Positions 9,764 to 18,331 of a stretch of 30,566 nt of DNA are shown piece by piece. The DNA comes from a virus (taxonomy: Duplodnaviria > Caudoviricetes). The DNA lies in IMG/VR virus record IMGVR_UViG_3300030095_003983, positions 1-30,566 of that record, one strand, 5' to 3'. A program made the translations under genes and the position numbers. Under the pieces are notes generated by a model. It saw only the letters and a list, made by a program, of their open reading frames with translations. It searched no databases and was not told where the DNA came from. Position 1 is the first letter of the stretch. Every line of letters begins with the position of its first letter.

Positions 9764-9788
9764 AAGTAAGGAAAAATAAAAGAGAAAT

Positions 9789-12700
9789 ATGGCCGATTTA
9801 AAATCAAAACAAATTAAATTCCCTTTAACGGGGACGAGTGTAGTATCGAGTTCAGCACAAATAGCTACTGACATTAGTGGCTCTTTTGTTGCTGATAGTG
9901 GTAGTTTCTCAACAAGAATAACAACCGATAGTGGTAGTTTCTCTACAAGAGTTACAACCGCAGAAACCGAACTAACGAATACACTCGTATCAAGTTCAGC
10001 ACAAATATCTACTGACATTAGTGGTTCGTTTGTAGCAGATAGTGGTAGTTTTTCCACAAGAATAACTGCTGATAGTGGTAGTTTTTCTACAAGAGTTACA
10101 ACCGCAGAGTCAGAATTAGGTAATACTTTATTGTCAAGTTCAGCACAAATAGCTACTGACATTAGTGGTTCTTTTGTTGCTGATAGTGGTAGTTTTTCCA
10201 CAAGAATAACCACCGATAGTGGTAGTTTTTCTACAAGAGTAACAACTGCAGAATCTGAGTTAGGAAATACACTATTATCAAGTTCAGCTCAAATATCAAC
10301 GGACATTAGTGGTTCATTTGTAGAACCAAGTGCAAGTTTCTCTACACGAGTTACAACCGCAGAAACAGAATTAGAAAATACACTCGTATCGAGTTCAGCA
10401 CAAATATCTACTGACATAAGTGGTTCATTTGTAGCACCAAGTGCAAGTTTCTCAACGAGAGTTACAACCGCAGAAACAGAATTAGAAAATACTTTAGTAT
10501 CAAGTTCAGCACAATTGTCAATCGATATTAGTGGGTCGTTTGTGGCACCAAGTGCAAGTTTTTCAACAAGAGTAACAACTGCAGAATCAGAATTAGGAAA
10601 TACTTTAGTGTCAAGTTCAGCACAATTATCCACAGACATAAGTGGTTCATTTGTGGCGCCGAGTGGAAGTTTCTCAACAAGAATTACAACTGCAGAATCT
10701 GAATTAGGAAATACCTTATTATCAGGTTCAGCTCAAATAGCTACTGATATTAGTGGTTCTTTATCCACAGCAGCGGTCATAGGATTAGGAGCAGGAATAA
10801 TATCTGGTTCAAGTTCTAATAGTAACTTAACATCAGCTATTGTTATAGAGGGAGCAAGTATTGTATCAGCATCTGCACAATTATCAGATGATATAAGTGG
10901 TTCATTATCCACAGCAGCAGTTTTGGGATTAGGAGCAGGAATCATATCTGGTTCAAGTTCCAATAGTAATTTAACAACAGCAATAGTCGGTGAGGGAGCA
11001 AACATAGTATCAGCTTCCGCAATGGTTGACCACGATTCTACAACAAACTTCGTAGCAAATGAACACATAGACCATAGTTCAGTAAGTGTAACTGCTGGTG
11101 ATGGTATGACCGGTGGTGGAACAATCGCAGCAAATAGAACTTTAAATGTTGTTGGTGGAACAGGTATAACTGCAAACGCAAATGATGTCGCAACGAACGA
11201 CTCAGAAATTGTTCACGATAACTTAAGTGGATTTGTAGCAAATGAACACATTGACCATACAAGTGTAACAATGACAGCTGGGGCAGGTTTAACAGGTGGT
11301 GGAACAATTGCTTCAACAAGAACATTAGCAGTAGGTCAAGGAACAGGTGTTACGGTAAATGCAAATGATGTTGCGATTGGACAAGATGTAGGAACTGACC
11401 AAGATGTAACATTCGCATCCGTGACCGCAACAGGAAATATTGTTGCACAAGGTGATGTTATAGCAGAAAATTATATAGTGAGTTCATCAGTAACCTTTAT
11501 GACTTCATCAATTTTGAGTGGTTCTACAAGATTTGGTGATACACCAGCAGATGATACACATCAATTTACAGGTTCATTATTCGTAACTGGTTCAACATTT
11601 AACATTGACGAAAATGGTGGTGTAAGTTCAAGTGCAAGTGGTTCTTTCTTAAATGTAGATGTTTCAAATAACTTAGGAGTTAGTGGTAAATTTACATTAC
11701 CTAACATTACAGATGTATCAGCGTCTATCGCAAGTGCGGTAGCAGGTGGTGATGATATGGGTAACCATACAGCAACACAAGATTTAGATATGGACGGAAA
11801 TGATATATTTGATATAGGACATATTAGTTCAAGTGGAAACATTAGTGGTAGTGCGGGAGATATATTAGGATTTGCAAGTGCTTCATTCTCAAATGTTGAC
11901 GCTCCACACATCAAAGCAACAAATGTCCACGGAACAATTTTAACAGCAACACAAGCAACGATTGACCACGATTCATTAGCAAACTTCGTAGCAAATGAGC
12001 ATGTTGACCACTCATCAGTATCAGTTACTGCAGGAGACGGACTAACTGGTGGTGGAACAATAGCATCTAACAGAACTATAAATGTAGTGGGTGGAGACGG
12101 AATTACAGCTAACGCAAATGATGTTGCAATTACAGCGGCTCAAACAACAATTGAATCCATATACAAAGAAGACTTAGTAATAGGTGAAGACAACCAAACA
12201 CAGATTGACTTTGAAACAGCTAACGAAATACACTTTGATGTAAATAATTCAGAACTACTTAACCTAACAGGTAATAAAATAAGTGGTTCACAAGCATCAA
12301 CAGGTTCGTTTGGTAGTTTAGTAACGGACGCTAATGTTGGTATCGGTGAGTCAAATCCAAATGTTCCATTGGAAGTTATTGGTAGTGTTAGTTCAAGTGC
12401 AAGTGGTTCTTTCTTAAATGTAAAAGCAAGTAATAATGTAAACGCAACAAATCTATACGGAACAATTTTAACAGCAACACAAGCCACAATAGACCACGAT
12501 AGTTTAGCAAATTTTGTAGCAAATGAACACATAGACCATAGTGGAGTAACAATTACAGCAGGGGACGGATTATCGGGTGGTGGAACAATAGCATCCACAA
12601 GAACTCTTGCGGTGGACGCTACAGTTTTAAGAACAACAGGTGATAGTGTAATATCGAGTTCGGCACAATTATCTGACGACATAAGTGGTTCATTATCCAC

Positions 12701-13670
12701 AGCAGCAGTCGTTGGATTGGGAGCAGGTATAATATCTGGTTCAAGTTCCAATAGTAGTTTAACAACAGCTATTGTTGGAGAGGGAGCAAACATAGTATCG
12801 GCATCCGCAATGGTGGACCACGATTCCGCAACAAATTTTGTAGCAAACGAACACATTAATCACACAAGTGTAACGATTACTGCAGGAGATGGTTTGACTG
12901 GTGGTGGAACAATCGCATCTACAAGAACATTAGCAGTAGGTCAAGGAACAGGTGTTACCGTAAATGCAAATGATATTGCTATTGGACAGGCAGTAGAAAC
13001 AGATTCCAATGTTCAATTTGCAAACATTATAGCAACTGCGACAGCTTCATTAGCTAAAATCTCAGGTTCATTAATAGAATCAGAGGGAGACTTCACACTT
13101 GATTCATCAGGAGATATTATTCTTGACGCAGACGGAACAGACATCATATTAAAAGATGGTGGAACTTCATTTGGTAGTTTCAAAAGAGCATCTTCTGACT
13201 TTATTATTAAAGCAGAAACAGCGGATAAAGATATTCTATTTAAAGGAACTGACGATAGCACAACCATAACTGCACTTACATTAGATATGTCTGAGGGTGG
13301 AAATGCACAATTCTTAGGAAATATATCTGGTTCTCAAATAGAAGCAAGTGGAGATGTAATCGCATTCGGTTCATCAGATAGAAGACTTAAAGACAACATT
13401 ACACCAATCACAGAACCATTATGGAAAGTAAGTCAAATAGGTGGATATGAATTTGATTGGAATGACAAACAAGACGCATATAAAGGACACGACGTTGGTG
13501 TTGTCGCTCAAGAAATACATAAAGTATTACCAGAAGTTGTAGCAGAAAGAAGTAATGGATACTTAGGTGTTAAGTATGAAAAGATAGTTCCATTGTTAAT
13601 TGAATCTATAAAAGAATTAAATAAAAAAATTGAAGATATTGAAAAAAAATGTGATTGTTTGAATAAATAA
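9789..13670 (+). CDS. long tail/neck fibre protein with C-terminal intramolecular chaperone (peptidase S74) domain
   Basis: 1293 aa, Ser/Gly/Thr-rich repeats; C-terminal SDRRLKDNI...GVVAQEI..VLPEVV...V.YEKIVPLLIESIKEL autocleavage chaperone signature. Confidence 0.85.
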   Translation: MADLKSKQIKFPLTGTSVVSSSAQIATDISGSFVADSGSFSTRITTDSGSFSTRVTTAETELTNTLVSSSAQISTDISGSFVADSGSFSTRITADSGSFSTRVTTAESELGNTLLSSSAQIATDISGSFVADSGSFSTRITTDSGSFSTRVTTAESELGNTLLSSSAQISTDISGSFVEPSASFSTRVTTAETELENTLVSSSAQISTDISGSFVAPSASFSTRVTTAETELENTLVSSSAQLSIDISGSFVAPSASFSTRVTTAESELGNTLVSSSAQLSTDISGSFVAPSGSFSTRITTAESELGNTLLSGSAQIATDISGSLSTAAVIGLGAGIISGSSSNSNLTSAIVIEGASIVSASAQLSDDISGSLSTAAVLGLGAGIISGSSSNSNLTTAIVGEGANIVSASAMVDHDSTTNFVANEHIDHSSVSVTAGDGMTGGGTIAANRTLNVVGGTGITANANDVATNDSEIVHDNLSGFVANEHIDHTSVTMTAGAGLTGGGTIASTRTLAVGQGTGVTVNANDVAIGQDVGTDQDVTFASVTATGNIVAQGDVIAENYIVSSSVTFMTSSILSGSTRFGDTPADDTHQFTGSLFVTGSTFNIDENGGVSSSASGSFLNVDVSNNLGVSGKFTLPNITDVSASIASAVAGGDDMGNHTATQDLDMDGNDIFDIGHISSSGNISGSAGDILGFASASFSNVDAPHIKATNVHGTILTATQATIDHDSLANFVANEHVDHSSVSVTAGDGLTGGGTIASNRTINVVGGDGITANANDVAITAAQTTIESIYKEDLVIGEDNQTQIDFETANEIHFDVNNSELLNLTGNKISGSQASTGSFGSLVTDANVGIGESNPNVPLEVIGSVSSSASGSFLNVKASNNVNATNLYGTILTATQATIDHDSLANFVANEHIDHSGVTITAGDGLSGGGTIASTRTLAVDATVLRTTGDSVISSSAQLSDDISGSLSTAAVVGLGAGIISGSSSNSSLTTAIVGEGANIVSASAMVDHDSATNFVANEHINHTSVTITAGDGLTGGGTIASTRTLAVGQGTGVTVNANDIAIGQAVETDSNVQFANIIATATASLAKISGSLIESEGDFTLDSSGDIILDADGTDIILKDGGTSFGSFKRASSDFIIKAETADKDILFKGTDDSTTITALTLDMSEGGNAQFLGNISGSQIEASGDVIAFGSSDRRLKDNITPITEPLWKVSQIGGYEFDWNDKQDAYKGHDVGVVAQEIHKVLPEVVAERSNGYLGVKYEKIVPLLIESIKELNKKIEDIEKKCDCLNK
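9845..10760 (+). repeat. coding tandem repeats (~35-46 aa unit, about 8 copies)
   Basis: SSSAQI[A/S]TDISGSFVA[D/P]S[G/A]SFSTR[V/I]TTAE[T/S]EL.NTL repeated, with synonymous variation at DNA level. Confidence 0.9.
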
Positions 13671-13673
13671 TTG

Positions 13674-13681
13674 ATATTTAT
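13674..13681 (+). promoter_or_regulatory. putative late promoter core ATATTTAT
   Basis: Recurring octamer just after the fibre stop codon. Confidence 0.55.
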
Positions 13682-13704
13682 TAATAGTAAAAACAGGAGT
13701 TATA

Positions 13705-13998
13705 ATGGCAAAAAAATCAGAACAAATTAAATTTACAAAAGAAGAGGTTAGTGCAATTAGAGAAATTCGTAATAATTTCAACAACATTACAACGAATTTT
13801 GGTAATCTTGAAGTTCAAAGAATACAAACTGAACAAAGGTTAGCTGCGATTGAACAACAAAAAGTCATAGCAGAAAACGAATATAATCAAGTAATTCAAC
13901 AAGAAGCAGAACTTCTTAATAATTTAAATGAAAAATATGGTCAAGGTTCATTAGATTTAGAGCAAGGTGTATTTACACCAGCTGAATCAAAAAAATAA
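13705..13998 (+). CDS. small coiled-coil hypothetical protein
   Basis: 97 aa, helical, C-terminal KYGQGSLDLEQGVF; AGGAG SD. Confidence 0.7.
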   Translation: MAKKSEQIKFTKEEVSAIREIRNNFNNITTNFGNLEVQRIQTEQRLAAIEQQKVIAENEYNQVIQQEAELLNNLNEKYGQGSLDLEQGVFTPAESKK

Positions 13999-14011
13999 TG
14001 GTCCAAAACCA

Positions 14012-14039
14012 CATTTTGAACTTTTAAATTGATATTTAT
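14012..14039 (+). promoter_or_regulatory. putative bipartite late promoter CATTTTGA-N12-ATATTTAT
   Basis: Same spacing seen at 25749 and 30316. Confidence 0.55.
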
Positions 14040-14071
14040 ACTTACGATATAACCTAATTAGGAGAAACATA

Positions 14072-16459
14072 ATGGCTGAAAGAATAGTCAGTCCAGGTGT
14101 ATTTACCAGAGAAAAAGATTTATCATTCTTACCAGAAGCTATTGGTGAAATAGGAGCAGCTTTAATCGGACCAACAGAAATGGGTCCAGCATTTGTTCCA
14201 ACAACCATCAGAAACTTCGGTGAGTTTGAAACACTTTTCGGTAAAGAAACCGGAGACTTTTATGTTCCTTTCACTGCGAAGCAATATCTTCGTAATGCAG
14301 GAGCATTAACAATCGTTCGTGTTTTAGGATTGGGTGGATATACAAATGATACCTTCGTGCTTATCGCTAGTGGTTCAACATACGGAGTAAGAGCGTTAGC
14401 TACATTAAAACCTTCAAGAGGTAATATTGACGCTAGCTTTTTCGCTAATGGAGCTGGTAGTGCTTCTATTGATAGTAGTGCTAATTCAGCAAGTGCATTT
14501 ACACTTAAATTAGATACTGGTAATGATGGAACAGCAGAGAGTTTTAATTTATCTTTCGCTACGAGTTCAGCTAATTACATTACAAATGTATTTAGTCAAA
14601 ACCCACAAGATAATAGTAAATCGGTATATGTATATTCAAACTTCCAAAATACACAAAATCAAGTTGCAGGAGATGATGTCATCACATTCGCGAGTGGTGC
14701 AGCTTCAGACACAGTTGAAAACTTTTCATTTGATTACAAAGTAGCATCAACACCAGCAATTCAATCACAATTAGTAAACGGAGCAAGAACAGACTTATTT
14801 AAAGTCAAAACATTATCACACGGAAGTAATATGAACTCTAAATTTAGAGTTGGTATTTCTGATGTTAAGAGAGCAGCAGATGTTGCAGGTAGTGATTATG
14901 GTTCTTTCTCATTACAAGTGATTACAAACAACCCAGGTCAAAATGACGACGGGACAGTTTTAGAGAACTTCTCAAATATAAATTTTGATGAAAATTCTAC
15001 AAACTACTTACCAAGAGTAATTGGTGATAAATTTATCACTATTGACTCAGACGGAAAATTAACAACAAATGGCGATTACCCAAACAACTCTAAATACATT
15101 AGAGTATCAGATATAAGTAATCTACCAAATACTTCAAAAGAATTAGTGCCTATGGGATTTGATGCGTTATCATTACCACACAGAATAACGCTTGGAACAC
15201 CAAGTGGTAGTGCTCACGCAGCAGCATTCCCAACTGCTTCTTTTGTAACAGGACAAACTAACAATCGTGGTTCATTTGACCAAAATGCTTATTACGGACT
15301 TGACTTTGCAAACAAAGATAGTCAAGCATACTTGAAACCACTTCCAACAGGAGTGGGAGCAGGAAGTAATGTAACAATGAGTTTAGAAAATCAATTAGGT
15401 AATGCAGACGCATCAGTATTAGGTGCTACATTTGCAAACGCATCTACATTGATTTCTTTAACTAATTCAGCAATTGGACAAAGAAAATTTGTGGTTCCTT
15501 TCCAGGACGGATTTGATGGTTCAAATCCAGCAACAGATATTAAATCTGGAACAGACATTGTTGGAAACAACACACAAGGATTTGACTTAAGTTCAGCTTC
15601 AGCAACGGGTTCGTTGGCATTTAAAAGAGCTATTAACGCAATCTCAAATCCAGATGAATACGATATTAACTTGTTAGCACTTCCAGGTGTTATTCACTCA
15701 ATTCACTCATCAGTAACAAATCACGCAATTGATAAGATTGAATCAAGAGCAGACGCTTTCTTTATTATGGACGGCTCTCATTATTCAGCTTCTATTCAAA
15801 CTGCGATAAATGATGTTCAAACCTTAGATAGTAATTATGTAGCAACATATTACCCTTGGGTTAAAGTGATTGACGAAGTGAAAAACAAACCTACTTGGGT
15901 TCCACCTTCAGTAGTTCTACCAGGTGTATATGCACAAAATGATAGAATTGGACAAGAGTGGTTCGCACCAGCAGGTTTAAATCGTGGTGGCTTATCAGAA
16001 GTAACAGAAGCTAAAACAAGACTAACCAACTTGGAAAGAGATGATTTATACGAAAATCGTATTAATCCTATCGCAACTTTCCCAGGTCAAGGTGTGGTAG
16101 TGTTTGGACAGAAAACACTTCAAGGTAAACCAAGTGCATTAGACAGAGTTAATGTTAGAAGATTGTTAATTAATTTGAGAAAATTCATAGCAAGTTCTTC
16201 AAGATTCTTAGTGTTTGAACAAAATACAGCAGCTTTAAGAAACAGATTCTTAAATATTGTTAATCCATATATGGAACAAGTTCAAGCAAATGCAGGACTA
16301 TCAGCGTTTAGGATTGTAATGGATGATTCAAACAACACACCAGATGTTGTAGATAGAAACCAATTAGTTGGTCAAATCTTTATCCAACCAACCAGAACAG
16401 CTGAGTTCATTGTCTTAGATTTTGTAGTTCAACCAACAGGCGCAGCCTTTGATGACTAA
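14072..16459 (+). CDS. gp18: contractile tail sheath protein (T4 gp18 family)
   Basis: SPGVFTREKD N-terminus; YYPW, WFAPAGLNRG, INPIATFPGQG, GQKTLQ, DRVNVRRL, FEQN, PTRTAEFI motifs. Confidence 0.96.
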   Translation: MAERIVSPGVFTREKDLSFLPEAIGEIGAALIGPTEMGPAFVPTTIRNFGEFETLFGKETGDFYVPFTAKQYLRNAGALTIVRVLGLGGYTNDTFVLIASGSTYGVRALATLKPSRGNIDASFFANGAGSASIDSSANSASAFTLKLDTGNDGTAESFNLSFATSSANYITNVFSQNPQDNSKSVYVYSNFQNTQNQVAGDDVITFASGAASDTVENFSFDYKVASTPAIQSQLVNGARTDLFKVKTLSHGSNMNSKFRVGISDVKRAADVAGSDYGSFSLQVITNNPGQNDDGTVLENFSNINFDENSTNYLPRVIGDKFITIDSDGKLTTNGDYPNNSKYIRVSDISNLPNTSKELVPMGFDALSLPHRITLGTPSGSAHAAAFPTASFVTGQTNNRGSFDQNAYYGLDFANKDSQAYLKPLPTGVGAGSNVTMSLENQLGNADASVLGATFANASTLISLTNSAIGQRKFVVPFQDGFDGSNPATDIKSGTDIVGNNTQGFDLSSASATGSLAFKRAINAISNPDEYDINLLALPGVIHSIHSSVTNHAIDKIESRADAFFIMDGSHYSASIQTAINDVQTLDSNYVATYYPWVKVIDEVKNKPTWVPPSVVLPGVYAQNDRIGQEWFAPAGLNRGGLSEVTEAKTRLTNLERDDLYENRINPIATFPGQGVVVFGQKTLQGKPSALDRVNVRRLLINLRKFIASSSRFLVFEQNTAALRNRFLNIVNPYMEQVQANAGLSAFRIVMDDSNNTPDVVDRNQLVGQIFIQPTRTAEFIVLDFVVQPTGAAFDD

Positions 16460-16482
16460 ACTATAAGTCAATAAAAGATAAG

Positions 16483-16511
16483 AAAAACCCCCAAGAAATT
16501 GGGGGTTTTTT
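16483..16511. terminator. bidirectional rho-independent terminator
   Basis: aaaaa-cccccaa-gaaa-ttggggg-tttttt between the convergent sheath and 16641 genes. Confidence 0.92.
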
Positions 16512-16534
16512 GTTGTATAATGAGAAAGAAATTC

Positions 16535-16632
16535 TGCAGGTGATTTACACCAAATCACCAAAGGTTGTTTCTAATCTCGTGAAACACTACATAACCCATT
16601 CGGTTCCAAATAAGTAGTCACCGAAAACCCAC
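16535..16632 (-). other. structured non-coding element (hairpins plus possible pseudoknot)
   Basis: Minus strand pairings ttcggt/accgaa, ggtt..gtttc/gaaac.aacc, actac/gtagt cross-pairing, ggtgattt/aaatcacc. Confidence 0.45.
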
Positions 16633-16640
16633 AAATCTAA

Positions 16641-17072
16641 TTACTTAGGATAAATAGCAAATGTATCAGCGTATTCAGCCAATGTATTGTGTTGATTTCT
16701 CACAAAACCATATTGTGGTTTGCTACCACCACGATACCTAATTCTAAAATTACCAGTCATCATCATATTCCTAATCGTAGGATTGAACCTATACATCATA
16801 GGAATACCCTTGTATAAAGCTTGTTCAAAATAAGGAGCTTCATAATCTTCCAACCTAACAGCCGGTTGATTAGTGTTAGCTTCATATAATTCCATAGGAT
16901 TATGAGCATATCTATAATGAGTAATGGTATGAGTTCCATTTTCTACATACTCACCAGCGTCATTATAATATCCATAATGGTTTGGTATTTCTCTCGTTAC
17001 CAAAGTATCTTGGTAATCTCTCATATAAATACCTTCGGTATCAGTCGTTATCGTTTCATTATTTTCAATCAT
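16641..17072 (-). CDS. hypothetical protein (early-type cassette gene)
   Basis: ORF track 16641..17096; start moved to the ATG after the SD-containing AAAGGAAAACGAA-ATG; Tyr-rich. Confidence 0.7.
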   Translation of the reverse strand: MIENNETITTDTEGIYMRDYQDTLVTREIPNHYGYYNDAGEYVENGTHTITHYRYAHNPMELYEANTNQPAVRLEDYEAPYFEQALYKGIPMMYRFNPTIRNMMMTGNFRIRYRGGSKPQYGFVRNQHNTLAEYADTFAIYPK

Positions 17073-17104
17073 TTCGTTTTCCTTTATCATTATCATAACA
17101 CTAT

Positions 17105-17133
17105 AATATACAAATACTATTTGTAAATGTCAA
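17105..17133 (-). promoter_or_regulatory. sigma70-type promoter TTGACA-17-TATATT
   Basis: Perfect -35, 17-nt spacer, upstream A-tract. Confidence 0.8.
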
Positions 17134-17167
17134 GCTTTTTTTTAACTTTTTTTAAAAGTGGGAGATG

Positions 17168-17422
17168 TTAAACATCATCCCAACTTTCAAGTGTAACTTC
17201 TACTTTACCATTTCCTAATTGTTCTATTTCACCCGCATATAATTCGGGAGTATCTTCTATCATTTCGTGAACTTTAGATGTCACTATGGCATCAACTACA
17301 ATATGGTTAATTGCTTCCGTAACTGTAAGTCCATCTTTTACCATATCATTTACTAAGTCTTCTGGATTCATCAGATTAGGTTCTGCTTCCACCACTATTT
17401 TCATTCCACTAACATAACTCAT
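17168..17422 (-). CDS. hypothetical acidic protein (early-type cassette gene)
   Basis: ORF track 17168..17452; start moved to the ATG after AAAGGAAAATGAA-ATG. Confidence 0.7.
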   Translation of the reverse strand: MSYVSGMKIVVEAEPNLMNPEDLVNDMVKDGLTVTEAINHIVVDAIVTSKVHEMIEDTPELYAGEIEQLGNGKVEVTLESWDDV

Positions 17423-17457
17423 TTCATTTTCCTTTATATTGTTATTAATCATACTAT

Positions 17458-17486
17458 AATATATGAATAAAAAATGACAATGTCAA
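17458..17486 (-). promoter_or_regulatory. sigma70-type promoter TTGACA-17-TATATT
   Basis: Perfect -35 and 17-nt spacer; near copy of the other three sigma70 promoters. Confidence 0.8.
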
Positions 17487-17551
17487 GTAAAAACTTCTAA
17501 AAAACTTCTAAAACTATATCATATTTACCATACACTTTTTTTGGTTTTGTT

Positions 17552-17559
17552 ATATTTAT
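17552..17559 (+). promoter_or_regulatory. putative late promoter core ATATTTAT
   Basis: Recurring octamer upstream of the tube gene, which needs its own promoter after the inverted insert. Confidence 0.65.
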
Positions 17560-17587
17560 TACTGAGTTAAATTATAGGAGAAATAAA

Positions 17588-18073
17588 GTGGCATTTTTAG
17601 ACCCAAACGAAATATTTTTTACACCATTTGAACCTAAGATGAAAAATAGGTTTATTATGGAAATAGACGGAATTCCAGCATACCTTATCAAAACAATGGC
17701 AAGACCACAAGTAACATTTGAATCAGTTACTCTTGACCATATCAACACAAAAAGATATGTAAAAGGAAAAGCAACTTGGTCAACATTAGAAATTACTCTA
17801 TATGACCCAATCGTTCCATCAGGAGCACAAGCAGTCAATGAGTGGGTAAGACTTCATCACGAAGCAGCAACCGGTGTAGACGGATACGCATCTGAATACA
17901 AGAAAGATATTACTTTCAATGTATTGAGTCCTAATGGTGAAAGAGTAGAACAATGGGTTCTAAAAGGTGCATTTATTACAACAGCAAATTGGAACGGATT
18001 AGATTACGCTTCCAATGAAGTAGTCGATATCAACTTATCAATGCAATACGACTACGCAATATTAGAGTTTTAG
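17588..18073 (+). CDS. gp19: tail tube protein (T4 gp19 family)
   Basis: FEPKMKNRF, RYVKGK..W..LEITLYDP, EQWVLKGAF, LDY, YDYA motifs; GTG start with AGGAG SD. Confidence 0.9.
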   Translation: MAFLDPNEIFFTPFEPKMKNRFIMEIDGIPAYLIKTMARPQVTFESVTLDHINTKRYVKGKATWSTLEITLYDPIVPSGAQAVNEWVRLHHEAATGVDGYASEYKKDITFNVLSPNGERVEQWVLKGAFITTANWNGLDYASNEVVDINLSMQYDYAILEF

Positions 18074-18083
18074 GAGAAAAATT

Positions 18084-18299
18084 ATGTGGGCAATATTTAA
18101 AGACAATAATGAATATAACGAGAAATCAATAATTGGTTTCGGTGCATTCACAGTAATGGTTTTATTTGCATTTGCAGATGTTGTTACTGGACTTATGGGT
18201 AAAGATTTAGTTATCAATGATGTAGTATACAATTCATTCTTATTCACTACATTAGGTAGTTTCGGTATCGCAGGTGCAGAAAAAGTTTTAAAAAAATAA
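18084..18299 (+). CDS. small two-TM membrane protein (holin-like)
   Basis: Two hydrophobic segments (IIGFGAFTVMVLFAFA; FLFTTLGSFGIAGA), basic C-terminus; AGGAG SD. Confidence 0.6.
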   Translation: MWAIFKDNNEYNEKSIIGFGAFTVMVLFAFADVVTGLMGKDLVINDVVYNSFLFTTLGSFGIAGAEKVLKK

Positions 18300-18331
18300 G
18301 TTATTAATCTTAATTAATCAAGGAGTAAAAA

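Noticed and set aside
9845-10760. Possible CRISPR array or DGR template/variable repeats
   Set aside because: Repeats are in-frame and contiguous with synonymous changes, have no unique spacers or adenine-specific variation, and no cas or RT gene is present
9752-13267. Several minus-strand ORFs within the fibre gene
   Set aside because: Antisense shadows of repetitive coding sequence; no SD or promoter
17073-17452. Shared N-terminal peptide IKENEM in two minus-strand ORFs
   Set aside because: Better explained as a conserved 5' UTR/SD (AAAGGAAAAYGAAATG); the upstream ATGs lie at about the TSS, though leaderless use cannot be excluded
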